A stretch of 64,000 nt of DNA. Origin: Octopus vulgaris. Taxonomy: Eukaryota. Positions 1-14,035 of this stretch are shown here, piece after piece. The position numbers were made by a program, and so were the translations under genes. Below the pieces are notes generated by a model. The model did not search any database and had not been told where the DNA came from. It saw nothing but the letters and a program-made list of their open reading frames with translations. The stretch covers positions 79,112,001-79,176,000 of the forward strand of contig OX597818.1 in the NCBI GenBank assembly GCA_951406725.2, read 5' to 3'. Within the stretch, counting starts at the first letter, position 1; the number at the start of each line of letters is the position of its first letter.

Positions 1-494
1 CGAAGTTACACACATATTATACATGTATTTTCGTTGCCTATGTTTTTTTTTAACATTTGCTATTTTCCTGCCTCGTGTATACATTTTACCTGTTCGTAAT
101 GTTTTCCTTTAATTTTGAAATGCCTCGTTAAAATTCGTTTAATCTTTATCGGTTCATACTATTATCCCTCGCTCAATTTTCATTCTCAGTAGGAATTGCT
201 ATTTTGACAGATGCTGTTTCCTGATTTGCTAAAAATGATCAAACTTTAAACCCTGTTACAATTTTCTAAATTTTTTCTGGAAAAAGTGATTAAAGCAAAC
301 TGTTTTCAGTACGGAAAATTACATCAGTATATCAAATGAGAAAACTATTACTTAATTTGAAAAAAAAATTTTTTAATCTGTTTTTCAAACGGAATAAGTT
401 CAAATCAGGAAGAAGATAATTCTTTACATGCGCCAAGCCAATCTGATATGTAAAATTAAGGATTCTCTGTGTATTATCTTGTCAGATCAAAACT

Positions 495-2770
495 ATGGCT
501 TCATCAACCTCGACTAAAAAAAAGTGTAGGCAATATAGTGTTGACTGCCTCAAGTATGGATTTATTGCTGCTCCACACAACCAACAACAACCAATGTGAA
601 GGCCCAATGGCCCAGTGGTTAGGGCAGCGGACTCGAGGTCGTAAGAACACGGTTTCAATTCCCAGAGCAGGCATTGTGAGTGTTTATTGAGCAAAAACAC
701 CTAAGCTCCACGAGGCTTCGGCAGGTGGGGGATTTGAACCCCGCTGTACTCTTTCACCAAAACTTTTTCTCACTCTTTCTTCCTACTTCTATCACAAAGC
801 AGAGGAACCATGGTGTAACACACTATGGTGTAGTAAACTTTCACACCCTAGTCTAGATTGCGAGTCCTCTGTACCCCAGGATGGTTCAGCTATCCACTCG
901 TTAAAAGCCACCGTTTACAGAATGAAGATAACAACGAAGCTTTCGCGCCCATGCAACCGCCAGTCTATCGCGTGTGGTGGGTGGATCTTCAAGTTGCCAC
1001 ACGCATTCTTAGTAGCTTAGAGTAGGCTCGAATTAGAGATTATTCTTTGTGGCTAATGGCGTGAGTCCTGATTGGAAGAAGAAGAAGAAGAAGAGGAGGA
1101 GGAGGAGGAGGAAGAAGAAGAAGACAACAACCACTTTGTCTACTCCGTGAAAAGACTTTTACAAATGAAGTGAGGAAACCATCAAAGCTTCAAGAACACT
1201 TAAATAAAATGCATCCTGATGGAGCAGAAAAATATTTGAATTATTTTCAATCCTTAAACATAATTTTCACATGAGAGAAACAATAGGAAGTTTTTTTCTC
1301 CAGTTCATCCAGTCAGTCTAGTGATGCTTTGCGCGCTTCTTATATCATATCACTTCTCATTGCGAAGTCCGGGAAACCTTACACAATAGGGGAACAGTTA
1401 ATCTTGCCAGCTGTAAAAAAAAGTCTTGAAGACGGTCATACACAAAGCACCAGAGCCAATTATCAAAGGTATTCCTCTGAATAATAGCTCTGTCCAGAGG
1501 AGAGTTGATGAAATGGCAGAAGACGTCGAAGACCAACTCTGCACAATTCTAAAGAAAACAGAATTCAGCTTGCAGTTGGACGAGTCTACTTTGCCAGGTA
1601 ATGATTCCCTCCTCCTCGCATGTGTTCGTTTTGTAAAAGAGGAAAGTTTATGCCAAGAACTGCTCTTTGCCAGACTATTGGAAACTAATACCGAGGGTGA
1701 ATCCATTTTCAAAGTGGTCAAGAGCTTTGTTGACAAAAAGAACAATGGTGCACCATCGATGACTGGCTGTCATCGCGGCTCCAACAGTTACCTAAAACTT
1801 AGTCTACCTGATGCCTTCACGATGCACTGCGTGATTCACCGACATCTTGTTGCACGAAACCTCAGTAATCGTCTTCACAATTCCTTAAATGCGGTCATCA
1901 CTGCCGTGAATAAAATCACATCACATGCTCTGAACTCTCGCCTGTTTTAACAGCTTTGCATTCAAAGCGACGAAGACTTTCAAAACTTGCTGCTCCATAC
2001 AGAGGTGAAGTGGTTATCATGGGGAATATATCACTTTTATGCTTTGCTTGATGCAGTAACGGAGTTCTTTGATACCGCCATCCCAGAGCTTAGTGTGAGG
2101 CTTAAAAGTATAGAGATAGATATTGCATACCTGTCTGACTTATTCACTAAATTCAACGAAGTGAATTCAGCAGCTGCAAGGAGATACTGCTAATCTCATT
2201 CAAGTCAAGTCAACCATCTGAGCATTTCAAAGGAAACTAGTTATGTATAAGCGCAATATTGGACGCAGGGAGTTTTTACAGTTTCCTTGCTTCTCTGGCT
2301 TTGTAAAGGACGGAAAACTTGCAGACGAGAATCTGCTTGTCTTCTACTCCTATCTCACTGAACTGCACGAAGATATAGTGCGTCGATTTCATGATCTACT
2401 TGCTCTTCGAGATCCTGATTAGATTGTTAACCCCTTCATTGACATCGGTGAAGAAGAGAATGTAGAGTTAGAAGAGGAGCTGGTAACTCTTTAAAATTAT
2501 ATTGAATTGAAGCCTAAATTTCGCAATTGCTATCAAGAATTTTGGCTTCAAAAGGCTATCCGTGACCGCTATCCGGAGCTTTGGAAGAAAGTCAAATTGT
2601 TTTTCCTTGCCTTTCCAACATCTTATTAGGTTGAGAGAGGATTCAGCGCGGTCACACGCCTTCTTACGAAGCAGCGGTGCAAGCTTCGAATTACGGAGCG
2701 TGGTGGTCTCACTCTTACTCTTAGCACAATTCAGCCTAAGGTTGAGAGGCTACTTTCACTTCACCTTCCC
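495..2770 (+). pseudogene. Decayed hAT (Buster/Charlie, ZBED5/SCAND3-like) transposase, split by a SINE
   Basis: ATG at 495 gives MASSTSTKKKCRQYSVDCLKYGFI..QQPMC (BED-finger start). Frame resumes after 1124 (KPSKLQEHL); then FSLQLDESTL, MHCVIHR, LLHTEVKWLS, IAYLSDLF and the C-terminal FPTSY*VERGFSAV motif. Stops and frameshifts throughout. Confidence 0.9.
599..1123 (+). mobile_element. tRNA-derived SINE with (GAA/GAG)n tail
   Basis: A-box TGGCCCAGTGG and degenerate B-box GTTTCAATTCC; (GAA)n tail; flanked by a 15-bp TSD acaacaaccaatgtg / acaacaaccactttg (584-598, 1124-1138). Confidence 0.85.
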
Positions 2771-3989
2771 ATTGAACCCCTCCCTAAAAATATACCTTGA
2801 TGGGCTATTTTAGTGGGATGGTATTATGGCTTTAGTCTTTTATCTCTTTTCTGCTAGCAACATACACTTTTTCAATGTACGAACTTTGTGACATTTATAC
2901 GAACAAACTCTTGTTATTGGTGCCAAATTCCTTTCGTACAGGACTTATAACATTGTCTTTTTTATACATTCCTTTGTTGCATGCATTTCTTTTCTTTTGT
3001 GGGAGACACTTGTACCATTAACTCTGCTCCACTACAAGTAATCAAGACCTGCACTTGCAACCACTTATTGACCGCTGTATTTTGTGATTTCTATTTCATG
3101 TACAGTTATTCATAGTTTTTTTAGAGGTCATAAATTACACGCTAACACTACGGAAACTACCTTTCCAGTATGCTACTGACACTTGCTCTCAATTTGTTCT
3201 TTACTTTATTTGTATTACTATATTGCTTTCCTTTTTTTCTAACACCTCATCGGCTTGCCACGGGATGATATGGTAATGTATCAAAGCGAGTTAACTATCT
3301 TCCTTCACATACTGTTTGTATTTACAAAGTGGAATGCTCAGTTTACCGAAACACTATCGCTTTACATGTGTGAAGCACATTGCTGAACGTTGCGGCTAAA
3401 GGTTCTTTTGCGAAAGAAAAACAAGATCTGCTTCTGCTGTACCTTGAAGAGAGAAGAATTGTGACTAAAGTGTAATTAATGTCGAACCATCAGAATATCT
3501 CGGAAAATCTTTGTTCAACAGCCAAATGCTTTTGAACACATTTCTCTCTCACATTCCCAAAGAAAAAGATTATTTCTTCTCTGTAAAAATTCAATTAATT
3601 CATTGGAAGTTTTATATTATGATATTTCAACACAGATCATGATATATTATCTGCTTACACCAAAATGCCTTTCTTTGACACACTTAGCCATATCTGCTAT
3701 ACTTCCACTATAACCGGCAGTGGCGATAGAATTCTCTACGCCACCACTATCTCCAGCAACGCCACCACAAACGGCCCCAGCTCCAACAACAACAATATCG
3801 GCCATAGCAGCAGCAACAACAACGGCAGCAACAATGGCAGCAAAGCAACAACGTGTGCAGCACCGACAACACGCGTAGTGGCGATAAAATTACCGACGCT
3901 ACCACCACCTCCAGCGACGCCAACACAAGCAGCCCTTGCTCCAACAACAGCATCGGCGACAGCAGCAACAATAAAAACAGCGGCAACAC

Positions 3990-4160
3990 TCGCCCACGGA
4001 AATATATTGGGTGTACTGGGATTTCTCTCAAGCAACGTCTCTTCAACCATAAGTCCTTCAGAGTTCCGGAAAGGAGATATGTAACATTGCTGGCCAGTCA
4101 CGTCTGAGAACTAAGAGACGACGGGGTCCCATACTTGATCTCATTGATAATCCTCGAGAT
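3990..4160 (+). pseudogene. Penelope-like element GIY-YIG endonuclease fragment
   Basis: RKYIGCTGISLKQRLFNHKSFRVPERRYVTLLASHV*ELRD matches the YIG..T...K.R..NH / T.LS.H.W.L pattern of PLE endonucleases; directly followed by (TCTA)n. Confidence 0.7.
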
Positions 4161-4173
4161 TCCAGGCTCCTAC

Positions 4174-4176
4174 ATC

Positions 4177-4262
<86 letters not shown>

Positions 4263-4287
4263 ATATATATATATATATATACATACA

Positions 4288-4359
<72 letters not shown>

Positions 4360-4372
4360 AATACACACACAC
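4174..4372. repeat. Compound microsatellite (TCTA)n/(TA)n/(TACA)n
   Basis: Direct reading; representative of dozens of similar tracts (8.1, 9.1, 13.7, 14.4, 15.6, 22.2, 25.1, 30.1, 31.3, 40.8, 56.0, 58.1 kb). Confidence 0.97.
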
Positions 4373-7300
4373 TTTTATTTACATTTATATGTACTTGTGA
4401 TAGTGCGCATGTAAACATCTACAAATATATTTCAGATCATATGCCTTCAATTTAAATATCCCATGAGCAAATATTTAATGAATGCAATGCATATATAACT
4501 TAGTCATTCTCTACCTAAAAGGAAAAAAAAATATGAAAGACACAGTATGGATGTTTTTAGAAACTTGTGTTTTGTATTAGATTAACAGCATGGTGTATAT
4601 ACATGAAATATTACTAGATCAGTGGATTATCAGGAGCGTGATATCTCTAGGGGCTCATTTACAGAATATTTAATGAGCGTGCATAAAATACATTATAATA
4701 GCATCAATATATAAAACAGACAAGGTTTCTTCGTAGAGTAGATATGAAATCAAAAGCATATACGATGCATTAGAGTATTCTCGGGGAGTGGATTAGTAAT
4801 TCGAAAGAAAGTACAGTTGCTTTCAACATCTGAGTATATAGCTTAATGCTTTAAAATCCCATTTAGATGTAAGATTACGTAGAATTTATGTCTGACGTTA
4901 TTTATAAATATAATATGGAGTGATACTGGCGTCATACACTTGGAGTCGATTTGGCATTCAGCAAAAGTGTGTTATAAACCCAATGTTAGTTTTCTAATAT
5001 CCTAAGGAAGACGATAACTGTCGGAGCACTCGTTTCTATTTTCCAGAAGTTAATAGACCTGATCACACGGAAATCGATATATCACAAAGAACAAAACCTC
5101 GAATAAAACTAACTTTGTGTTTGTTATGTTTAGAATAGCAGATTTTTTTCGCTTCTGCATCCAGAAAATATTGGTTTCGTTAGTTAGGTAGACTGGGTTA
5201 ATGTTTGTAGAAAATAATATTTTTAGAGTATTAAAAAGACACTTCAAGGGTTGCTCTAGCGTAACACGCAACAGGGAAATTCATGTTTTTCACGACCGTT
5301 GATACGATGCTTTGAATTTTTTGTAGACAATAATGGTGTCTTTATGTATCTAATGTTCTATCATTGATCTTTTATATATCATTATGATTTTAATATAAAC
5401 ACCTCGTGCATTTGTTGTTAAAATGTTGATCAAGTTTAGTGGATCCCAAAGAGTTGTGTTGCACCTTGTTCTTTATTAACTACAGAAAGATGTAAAATAA
5501 TAATGATATAACAAAATACTTGAGGTATTCAGTCTAGAATTTTGCTAACACATCACACACTATTGTATTTTATATCTTCCTTCATCATTAACGAAGTAAT
5601 CTTTCAGAAGTAAACCATTCTCTTTCAGTATCTGCTTGAAGTACTTATATTTTACTAATGATGTACATTATATAATGATATAATGGGTGTCATAAATTCC
5701 TGTTTCTCGCTTTTCTATGATACACGGTCTAAGTTTTTCATCAAAAAAGAAACAGGCAAAAGTGTTGCTGCTGCTGTTGTTACTGCTGAGGATAATGTTC
5801 AGCCCCAGGTTAAGTTGAAGAAAACAGATTTCAGATCAAATGTATTCCAGCTACGTTTACCCAATCTTTTTCTGACAGTTCACCTAAAAATGGGAGCTGC
5901 TACCGTTGATGATGTCGGTGATGACGACGTTGTTGTTGGTAGTGGTGTTGGTGATAACAATGATATTTGTATCCATGATCTCCCTTGTAGCAACACGTAT
6001 ATGACCAAAGACGTCTTAGCTACTTCCATCTGGATTTTGTTTTTGAAACAGATGCTGCTACTGTTGCTGATAGGTGCAATATATTATTGATCAAATGTTC
6101 CAAATATTATCATTTCGTCTCTTTGAAACTGCATGTCAAAGACTACATTATCCAATGCCCATTTCGTTTTATATAAAGCTGGAGAGTCTAATATGAGGAA
6201 TATTTGGTTACTACTTCTAACAGGTCTATTACATAGAGATTGGATAGAACAAGCTGACCTATCACCAACGTCTATTTCGTTATATTTAACCGAAGACGGT
6301 AAGGTGTGGTTTGAGGAAGATTTAGCATCTCCCAGCTTAAGATACCAATCAGAGACTATCAACAAAGCCATTATGTTGTATACAGTAAAATGCGATACAA
6401 GCTCCTGATGAATTTGCATTAGATAATATTAATCGATGGTCAGTCGAAATTAGTTGTTTTAATTGGGAGTTAACATTTTTAGGAACCGCAGAAGCTCCAT
6501 AACTACTCATTTCCTTCTTCCACTAATATATGAGAATGCTTTTACTGTTTTGTCAAGAACCAAACTAAATCGTATTAGGCATGCATTTTTGAGTTCTGCA
6601 CTCTTTGAACTAGAAAAATATATATATAAGTTTCAGTATTGGCAACTACGTTAATAACTCAATATTTAAATTCTTTAAAAAATAGATTTATTTCCAAAGA
6701 TTCAAGAACCTAATACATACCTCTGCATACTGTAGGAGAAAATGTAACTGTATTAGAATGACAGCATGATGCCAAGAATGTGCACACCAACAAGAATATA
6801 ATATAACAAAGAGTAATGCATATGTTTTTCCTTTAAATTTCACCCGTAGAGGCAGACGAAGCAAATTTGGACTAAAGCTGTTGCAGATTTACTTAAACTG
6901 GGGCACATATGACGTATTCAATGGCAAACTTTGACGTAATTCGTAGCAAAATTTAGAGAGTGAAAAAATGGTATTTCATATTGACTAACATAAAAAAGTA
7001 TGGCAATTATTTTTTGAACTCTGAATGACAACTGTTCTTGTTATTTTTAATGGGTTTCGCTATACGAAGATTTAATTGTTGTGGTTCTATTATCTCATTA
7101 CATTCCAATAATAACTCAGATAACATGATGTTCATTCATTAAACCGAACTAAAATAAATGGCAGAATAGAAAAAAAAATCAGCGTGTATAATGTAGTGGC
7201 TGTTGATTTGCCTTTGTTGTTTTAATTGTTAATTTTTGAAAAGCAATATTCCGAATCTAAATAACTGAAAAAAAATCAATAAAACTTTATTTCTATCTTG

Positions 7301-8145
7301 CCAGGAGAAGTTCAGTGCCCGTGATCTTTGTAAGGACCTCCAATACGGATCATGTCGATACGGTTGAATTTCGGTTTGAACTTCTATAGATTATAATTCT
7401 GAAGTTGCATGCAGAACAGCGGGAAACCAAATAATAACTTATCAGTTTATATCTAATACATTGTAGCAGATTTAAAGGCGAATATCTGATTGTTTTTATA
7501 TTTCATCATCGGCGAGCATCCCACCCCTGTAGACTACATGGGTTCATAACATAGACGAGTCAACTCGTTGTGTCTCCTCATTTAAACCTACTTCTCTGGG
7601 ACGATGAATCTGAAAAATCATGATTATAAGAATCATTAATTCCATAGGGCACACCTAGAACAGGGAATATCCCAACAATAACTTATCTATTCATTCTTGA
7701 TACGTTCTGTCTGATTCTAAAACGAATATCTGATTGCTGTTGTTCTTTGATATCAGAGAACACCACCCTTTAGACCAGGGGTTCTTAAACTTTTTTTATT
7801 TGTTTTCAGCGCATACATTTCAAGTAGTTGTTATGCCTAGCACCCACCTGAGTTTATAAATTTTACTCTAAAAATGGATTGTACAGAGGTGATAAAAGAT
7901 TAAAAGCAAAAGTTGTAAACTTACTTTATACATTGCAAGTTAATGACATCTTTGTATGATGAGATCTCATTCTATTTTAATAATCATTACTAGTTTTAGC
8001 ATGTGCAATATAATCACAACTATGGGTAAAATTTAATATTTTAATTATGTTACCTCATCGCTAAAGCCCAGGTTCGATATGCCCAGCGACCCTTTACGGG
8101 TCGAGGTTGCCAGAACGGTATCTGACGGTGTCATATATATATATA

Positions 8146-8185
<40 letters not shown>

Positions 8186-8230
8186 TATACATATACATAC
8201 ATATATATATATACATATATATACATATAC

Positions 8231-8280
<50 letters not shown>

Positions 8281-8322
8281 TATATATATTATAATATATA
8301 TATATATATATGTATATATATG

Positions 8323-8380
<58 letters not shown>

Positions 8381-8507
8381 ATGTATGAAAAAAATTCTAA
8401 TGCCAAATATGCCGAAAATAGACAAATTGTCAATACCCATTATAATTTATCACATTTTAAAATTCGTCTCGAAACAAGCCGATAGAAATTTCTAAAAAAT
8501 TCCGTTA

Positions 8508-8568
8508 TTACCGTATTGGTCCCAATTTCAGAGTTAATTCATAAGAATTTTCTCCTCCTCAGCGATAA
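8508..8568 (-). ncRNA. Type-I hammerhead ribozyme (intact core)
   Basis: Minus strand reads TTATCG-CTGAGGA-GGAG..AATTC TTAT GAATT..CTCT-GAAA-TTGG GA CCAA-TA-CGGTAA. Stems I, II and III pair; cleavage triplet AUA. Confidence 0.8.
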
Positions 8569-9149
8569 ATACGTAAGGCATAAATGAAATACTCATACGC
8601 ACGGAAAAAGCAAGCACTAAGTCCTGAGCAGATCTAAGTACCCCAAATATATCCAGCACATCTGGATAATATATCTTCAGCACATCTCGAGACACGTATG
8701 ATTCGAACTAGAAACTTTCACAGAGTGAGAGAGTCCGGAAGTGAACACTATTAAATTTACATCTAGTATAGGATAAGACTTTTCGAAAAAAATTTTATCA
8801 ATGGCCAGCTTATTAAAATATATATATATATATACCTGTTTGACCACCTCTGTCCGGCATTCGCTATGATTGATCGCTAATCACTAAACATGTTTTCTCT
8901 CTCTCTTTATTTCTGTTGAAGAACATAGGCTCCAAACGTAAAATACTTTCTCACTTCTCAAGCTTTAAACTAATACATCTGTTTGTTGTTTACATACATG
9001 TTTTCGTCTTTTGTTTTGTATATTTTATGGTAAATTCAAACTATATATATGTATATATATATATGTATGTGCATATCTATGCATATAAATATATGTATAC
9101 ATATATGTATATATATATATGTATATATATGTATATATATGTATGTATA

Positions 9150-9195
<46 letters not shown>

Positions 9196-9494
9196 AGTAT
9201 ACATATATATATGTGTATATATTTTTGCACTATATTTCCCGTCATTACGCAAGTAAATCATTCCTCAATAAAATCAAAACCCCTTGTCCGATTTTCTTAA
9301 CATTTTTACGGAATATGTATCCCATATCCTGTGTACGTTTCGTCAAAATTGGTGTACATTTAAAGGGGAAATGAAGAAAAACACGTTTATAGGGTATTTC
9401 TTTTTATTACGCAAGTTAACAAGATACTGCTTTCCCCCATGTGTTATATGATTTTGAAATGCTTTTTATTAATTTCAGATACAGGAAATATAGA

Positions 9495-9940
9495 AGTGTG
9501 TCGAAGTAAACATATAACATCGAAGGAGAAGAAAGAAATAGTGAAACAACTGGGAGAAGGGGATGCAACAATTATAATTTCTAAAAAGCTAAATACAGAT
9601 CACTGAAAAAAAAAACAAAAAACAGGTAGAAAACATTGTGAGTGTAAGAATAAGGAATAAAACCGATTTCAAGAATATCACAAATGGTGATAGGAGAAAA
9701 CTCAAAAGAATTATGTGCAGGAAATTTTGGTTAGCCAGCAAACAAATTTTTGATGAAGCAGGAATCTCTAACATACAAAGGAAAAAACGTTGCACAGCAC
9801 TAAAAGAAACAGGCAAAATCATAGAATTCGCAAAATTGCCTCCTTTAAACAAAGTACACAAAGAAAAAATAGTGACGTAGTCAAAAAGGTATATGAAGAC
9901 AGACTTTACAAATGTAATTTTTTCTGACGAGTGCAAAGCC
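9495..9940 (+). pseudogene. Tc1-like transposase 5' fragment
   Basis: HTH-like N-terminus followed by ..PPLNKVHKEK..RYMKTDFTNVIFSDECKA, containing the first catalytic D motif; interrupted frames. Confidence 0.75.
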
Positions 9941-10548
9941 TATAGCCATGCCGATCTGGTATCAGCGTTAACACACTGTATCACGGGCGCAATATTTTCT
10001 CTGCATTTCTTAAATTACATTAGTGTTGTAAAAAGCGGGCTTTTGACACCAGCTGCCAAGTCAGCAGCTGGGAAACCGCGAACTGGCCCAGCAAGCCAAC
10101 TTGCCCACAGATGATTTCTTGTGCAAAGTAGCTCTTCATCGCCCGGGTTCACACTGACTGTAGTACTTCGTCGCCCACTTTGCACCTCCTGGTCAAGTCA
10201 CTACAAAGCATTCATTCACCAGTTTATATAGTCCACCTCGAAGTAAAAGCACGCCAAAAAGAAAAAAAACCGTGTAGCATGCTTTAAACCAGTCACGTCA
10301 CGTGATCAATGAACATTATTTCTCATTAGAATTAATTATGGATGCATCATTCATTTTCTTTTGTAGAACTTGAGAACAGTATTTCGACTAGTACCATTTT
10401 AAATTACATCTGTTAGATTATTTCTTCCATGTGCTGCAGATGATTGCCTGCCAAACTATAATACTATTGTGTAGCATACTGTCACACTAGCTAGGACTTT
10501 ATTCCAGCCTTCGTAACATTACTTTAGATATATTATATCAACTCTCAA

Positions 10549-11128
10549 GGCGGCGAGTTGGCAGAAACGTTAGCATGCCGGGCGAAATGCTTAGCGGTAT
10601 TTCGTCTGCCGTTACGCTCTGAGTTCAAATTCCGCCGAGGTCGACTTTGCCTTTCAGCCTTTCGGGGTCGATTAAATAAGTACCAGTTACGCACTGGGGT
10701 CGATGTAATCGACTTAATCCGTTTGTTTGTCCTTGTTTGTCCTCTCTGTGTTTAGCCCTTTGTGGGTAGTAAAGAAATAGGTATTTCGTCTGCCGCTACG
10801 TTCTGAGTTCAAATTCCGCCGAGGTTGACTTTATCTTTCATCCTTTCAGGGTCGATTAAATAAGTACCAGTTACGCACTGGTGTTGATATATTCGACTTA
10901 ATCCGTTTGTGTGTCCTTGTTTGTCCCCTTTATGTTTAGCCCCTTGTGGGCAATAAACAAATAGGTATTTCGTCCGTCTTTACGTTCTGAGTTCAAATTC
11001 CGCCAAGGTCGACTTTACCTTTCATCCTTTCGGGATCGATAAATTAAGTACCTGTTGTGTACTGGGGTCGATCTAATCGACTGGCCCCCTCCCCCAAAAT
11101 TTCGAGCCTTGTGCCTAGAATAGAAAAG
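10549..11128 (+). mobile_element. tRNA-derived SINE family A with triplicated internal body
   Basis: Head GGCGGCGAGTTGGCAGAA, B-box GAGTTCAAATTCC; core GCCTTTCATCCTTTCGGGGTCGAT repeated three times; 12-bp TSD attatatcaact (10532-10543, 11129-11140). Confidence 0.9.
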
Positions 11129-13364
11129 ATTATATCAACTATTTTACCTAGTCATTGTAAAATAAATTTCTTTAATATATAAATTTAGAAATATCAAAAC
11201 GCTATCAGAACTGATAATTCAATCCTGACATTTTGAATTAAATTAATTAAAATTAATGATTTCTAATGTATACTTTTAATTAATAAAATATAAATAAACA
11301 TTGCTTCGTCAAACGGTTTTAACTTATATTTCTAACCCAAGCCATTTAATAAAATGGAAAGAAATAGAAACGAAGTGTGACAACTAATTTGGTTGGCTTT
11401 TTCCAGTTGCTAATGCATGCATCGTTCTCTTAGATTCTGTGGTTATATAAGGGTGAAATCAAATAGTTTTGATTAATTAAAAGCATTGTTTACCGAACTG
11501 AAAATATTTTACAAGAAGCTTTAGGCATATCTCAAGCGTTAAAATCAACATTTCTTTAATTAAGAATGTTTGTATAACTTTAGCTTGTCAATATTTCACT
11601 ACCTTTCTCTCCCTAGGGCCTTAATCATACAAATGTCCACATTTCATTTTTTAAATCATTTCCTTCTTTTTTCATTGGAGTTTCTCAGAGGAATCTGTGT
11701 CTGTTTTATTTTATAACAGTTATTTTATTAAAATTGCAACACAATATTTCATGCGATTCTAATATAATGAGCTTCTCTTTGAAATATAAAATGAAAAAAA
11801 TTCCCTTTAGGTTAATTTCAAAAGTATCAGAGGATTATAACTCTTTGCATAAAAATATTATGCTTCTATATACTATGTTTGTATGTTTGTATACAGTTCA
11901 TTTTGTTAAGATTACGTGGACAGATGTTCCTAATTCATTTGATGTGAAACTTTATTTTAGTTTTATGTTTGTCATATTAATGGCCGGCAGGATAATTTGC
12001 AAGTCGTCTCTTCATAATGTTTTTCCAACATACTTGTAAAATTTGCCAATCTTTAATGCAACAATGAAAGAGTAGCCAGAAAGTTATATGAAGAATTTTG
12101 GCATCCACTACTACTATTACGTCGGGACATACACATGCACACACATGTATATATAATTTAATATATGTACAGACACACACATATATATATATACTTCTTT
12201 GTACACAAATACACAAACATGTATGTATGTATGCATGCATGTGTGTATGTAAAATAAGCGATTGATTTCAGCTGGAAGACAAACCTAAATAACTTGGCTG
12301 CCCTGAAGTACGATAAATAACTTGTATTTTCTGCCAATAATGAGGTTGATTGAAGGCTGATAATCAGTAAGATGTATCAAATATAAGAATTTACATTGTT
12401 ACTGATGTCTAGTCACAATTGATTATCAGTCTCGTGGAAATGGTACCGGACAAATACAATACCTTCATCCAACATTGCTAAAGAATGATACAATAAAAGG
12501 AAAATTAACTACAATTTCTGTTGACTTTGTTCTCAAAAGAATAACTTGACATTAGTGGAAGTGACGTGATTAGATTATCTCCAGCATCAAAGAGACCTTA
12601 AATTCTGATCTTTGGATTTCATTTTTGCAGTGATCCCTATTATAGAAACTTAGTAATATCTAGAGGTGTGTAGCCTGGTGGATAGGATGTTGAACTCATG
12701 ATCCTAAGATTATGGTTTCAATTCCTGGATTGGGCGACGTGTTGTGTTCTTGAACCAAATACTTCATTTCACGTTGATCCAGTCGACGTGGGTAAAAATA
12801 TATATATACGTCGCTGTAACGGAGAAACAGGACTTTATGTGACCATAGTGCTAGATGTTACTTAGATGAAAAAATAATTAGAGTTTTGTTCAGTAAACTT
12901 GCTACATGAAAAAAAGAATTTATATGTATTTTCTAAATATATCACCAAAATATATTTTCCGTGGCCTCTTACTACACGGTGTGCTATAAATTAGAAGAAA
13001 AATTCATTTTGACAAAAGATTTCATATGCAGATAATAAGAATTTTTTGAGTTATTAGTTAATATTTGACACTGATTTACTGTAAAATACATTGTTTTATT
13101 CATAGACTACAATAGATGCATTAGTCTTAGACTATAGCTAATATGTAATGTTATACTATATCTATAGATACTATAACAAATGTGGAACAATAGTAAAATA
13201 GTAGGCAAACGATGTGATTTGTTATGTTACATAGTTTACGGAATGACAGTGGCATTCTCGTGCAAATCATCCGTTTGCCATGAACACCGATTTATAGATC
13301 TATACTACAGTAACTGGATCGAGTTCTCAACATGGTTTGTATTCCTAAGTATTGTACCTCTTAC

Positions 13365-13565
13365 TTCTTTCAGTCATTAGACGGCAGTCGTACTGGGGCA
13401 CAGCTTTGAAGGCTTTAGACGACCAAATCGACTCAGTAATTACTTTTTCAAGTTTGGTACTTGTTCTGTTTGCCACGTTTGCTTAACTGCTAAGCTACTG
13501 GGACGAACCCGAGCCGACACTAGTTGTCGGGCAGTGGCGGGGCATGAAACACGAATATAAAGACA
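13365..13565 (-). mobile_element. SINE family B 3' part, degenerate
   Basis: Reverse-complement similarity to 42730-42930. Confidence 0.6.
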
Positions 13566-13746
13566 TACATATATACACGCATACATAAACACATGCACAT
13601 ATATATATATTCATATGCATATATACATACTTTCACACACATATCTAAAGCAGCAATAAACCAGTAATAAGTAAATGTATATAACCCATTATTTCTGTCT
13701 ATTCCATACATACATACATACATACATACATACATACATACATACA

Positions 13747-13780
<34 letters not shown>

Positions 13781-13901
13781 CATACATAGATGCATATATA
13801 GATATATATATATCCATATATATATACGTATATATATATATACATATATATACCTATATTCATATATACATATATATACATATATATATACATATGTATA
13901 C

Positions 13902-13932
<31 letters not shown>

Positions 13933-13969
13933 ACATATATATGTATGCTTATATGTTTGTATATATATG

Positions 13970-14035
<66 letters not shown>

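Noticed and set aside
3665-3990. Asn/Thr/Ala-rich ORFs
   Set aside because: Degenerate CAA/CAG/CAC triplet repeat that is open in several frames on both strands.
6401-6460. CTGATGA..GAAA hammerhead-like words (also ~45318)
   Set aside because: Stem I cannot pair and stem II is absent or weak; likely chance matches.
7776-7800. hAT-like TIR CAGGGGTTCTTAAACT after ctttagac
   Set aside because: No partner TIR or TSD found, so no element can be delimited.
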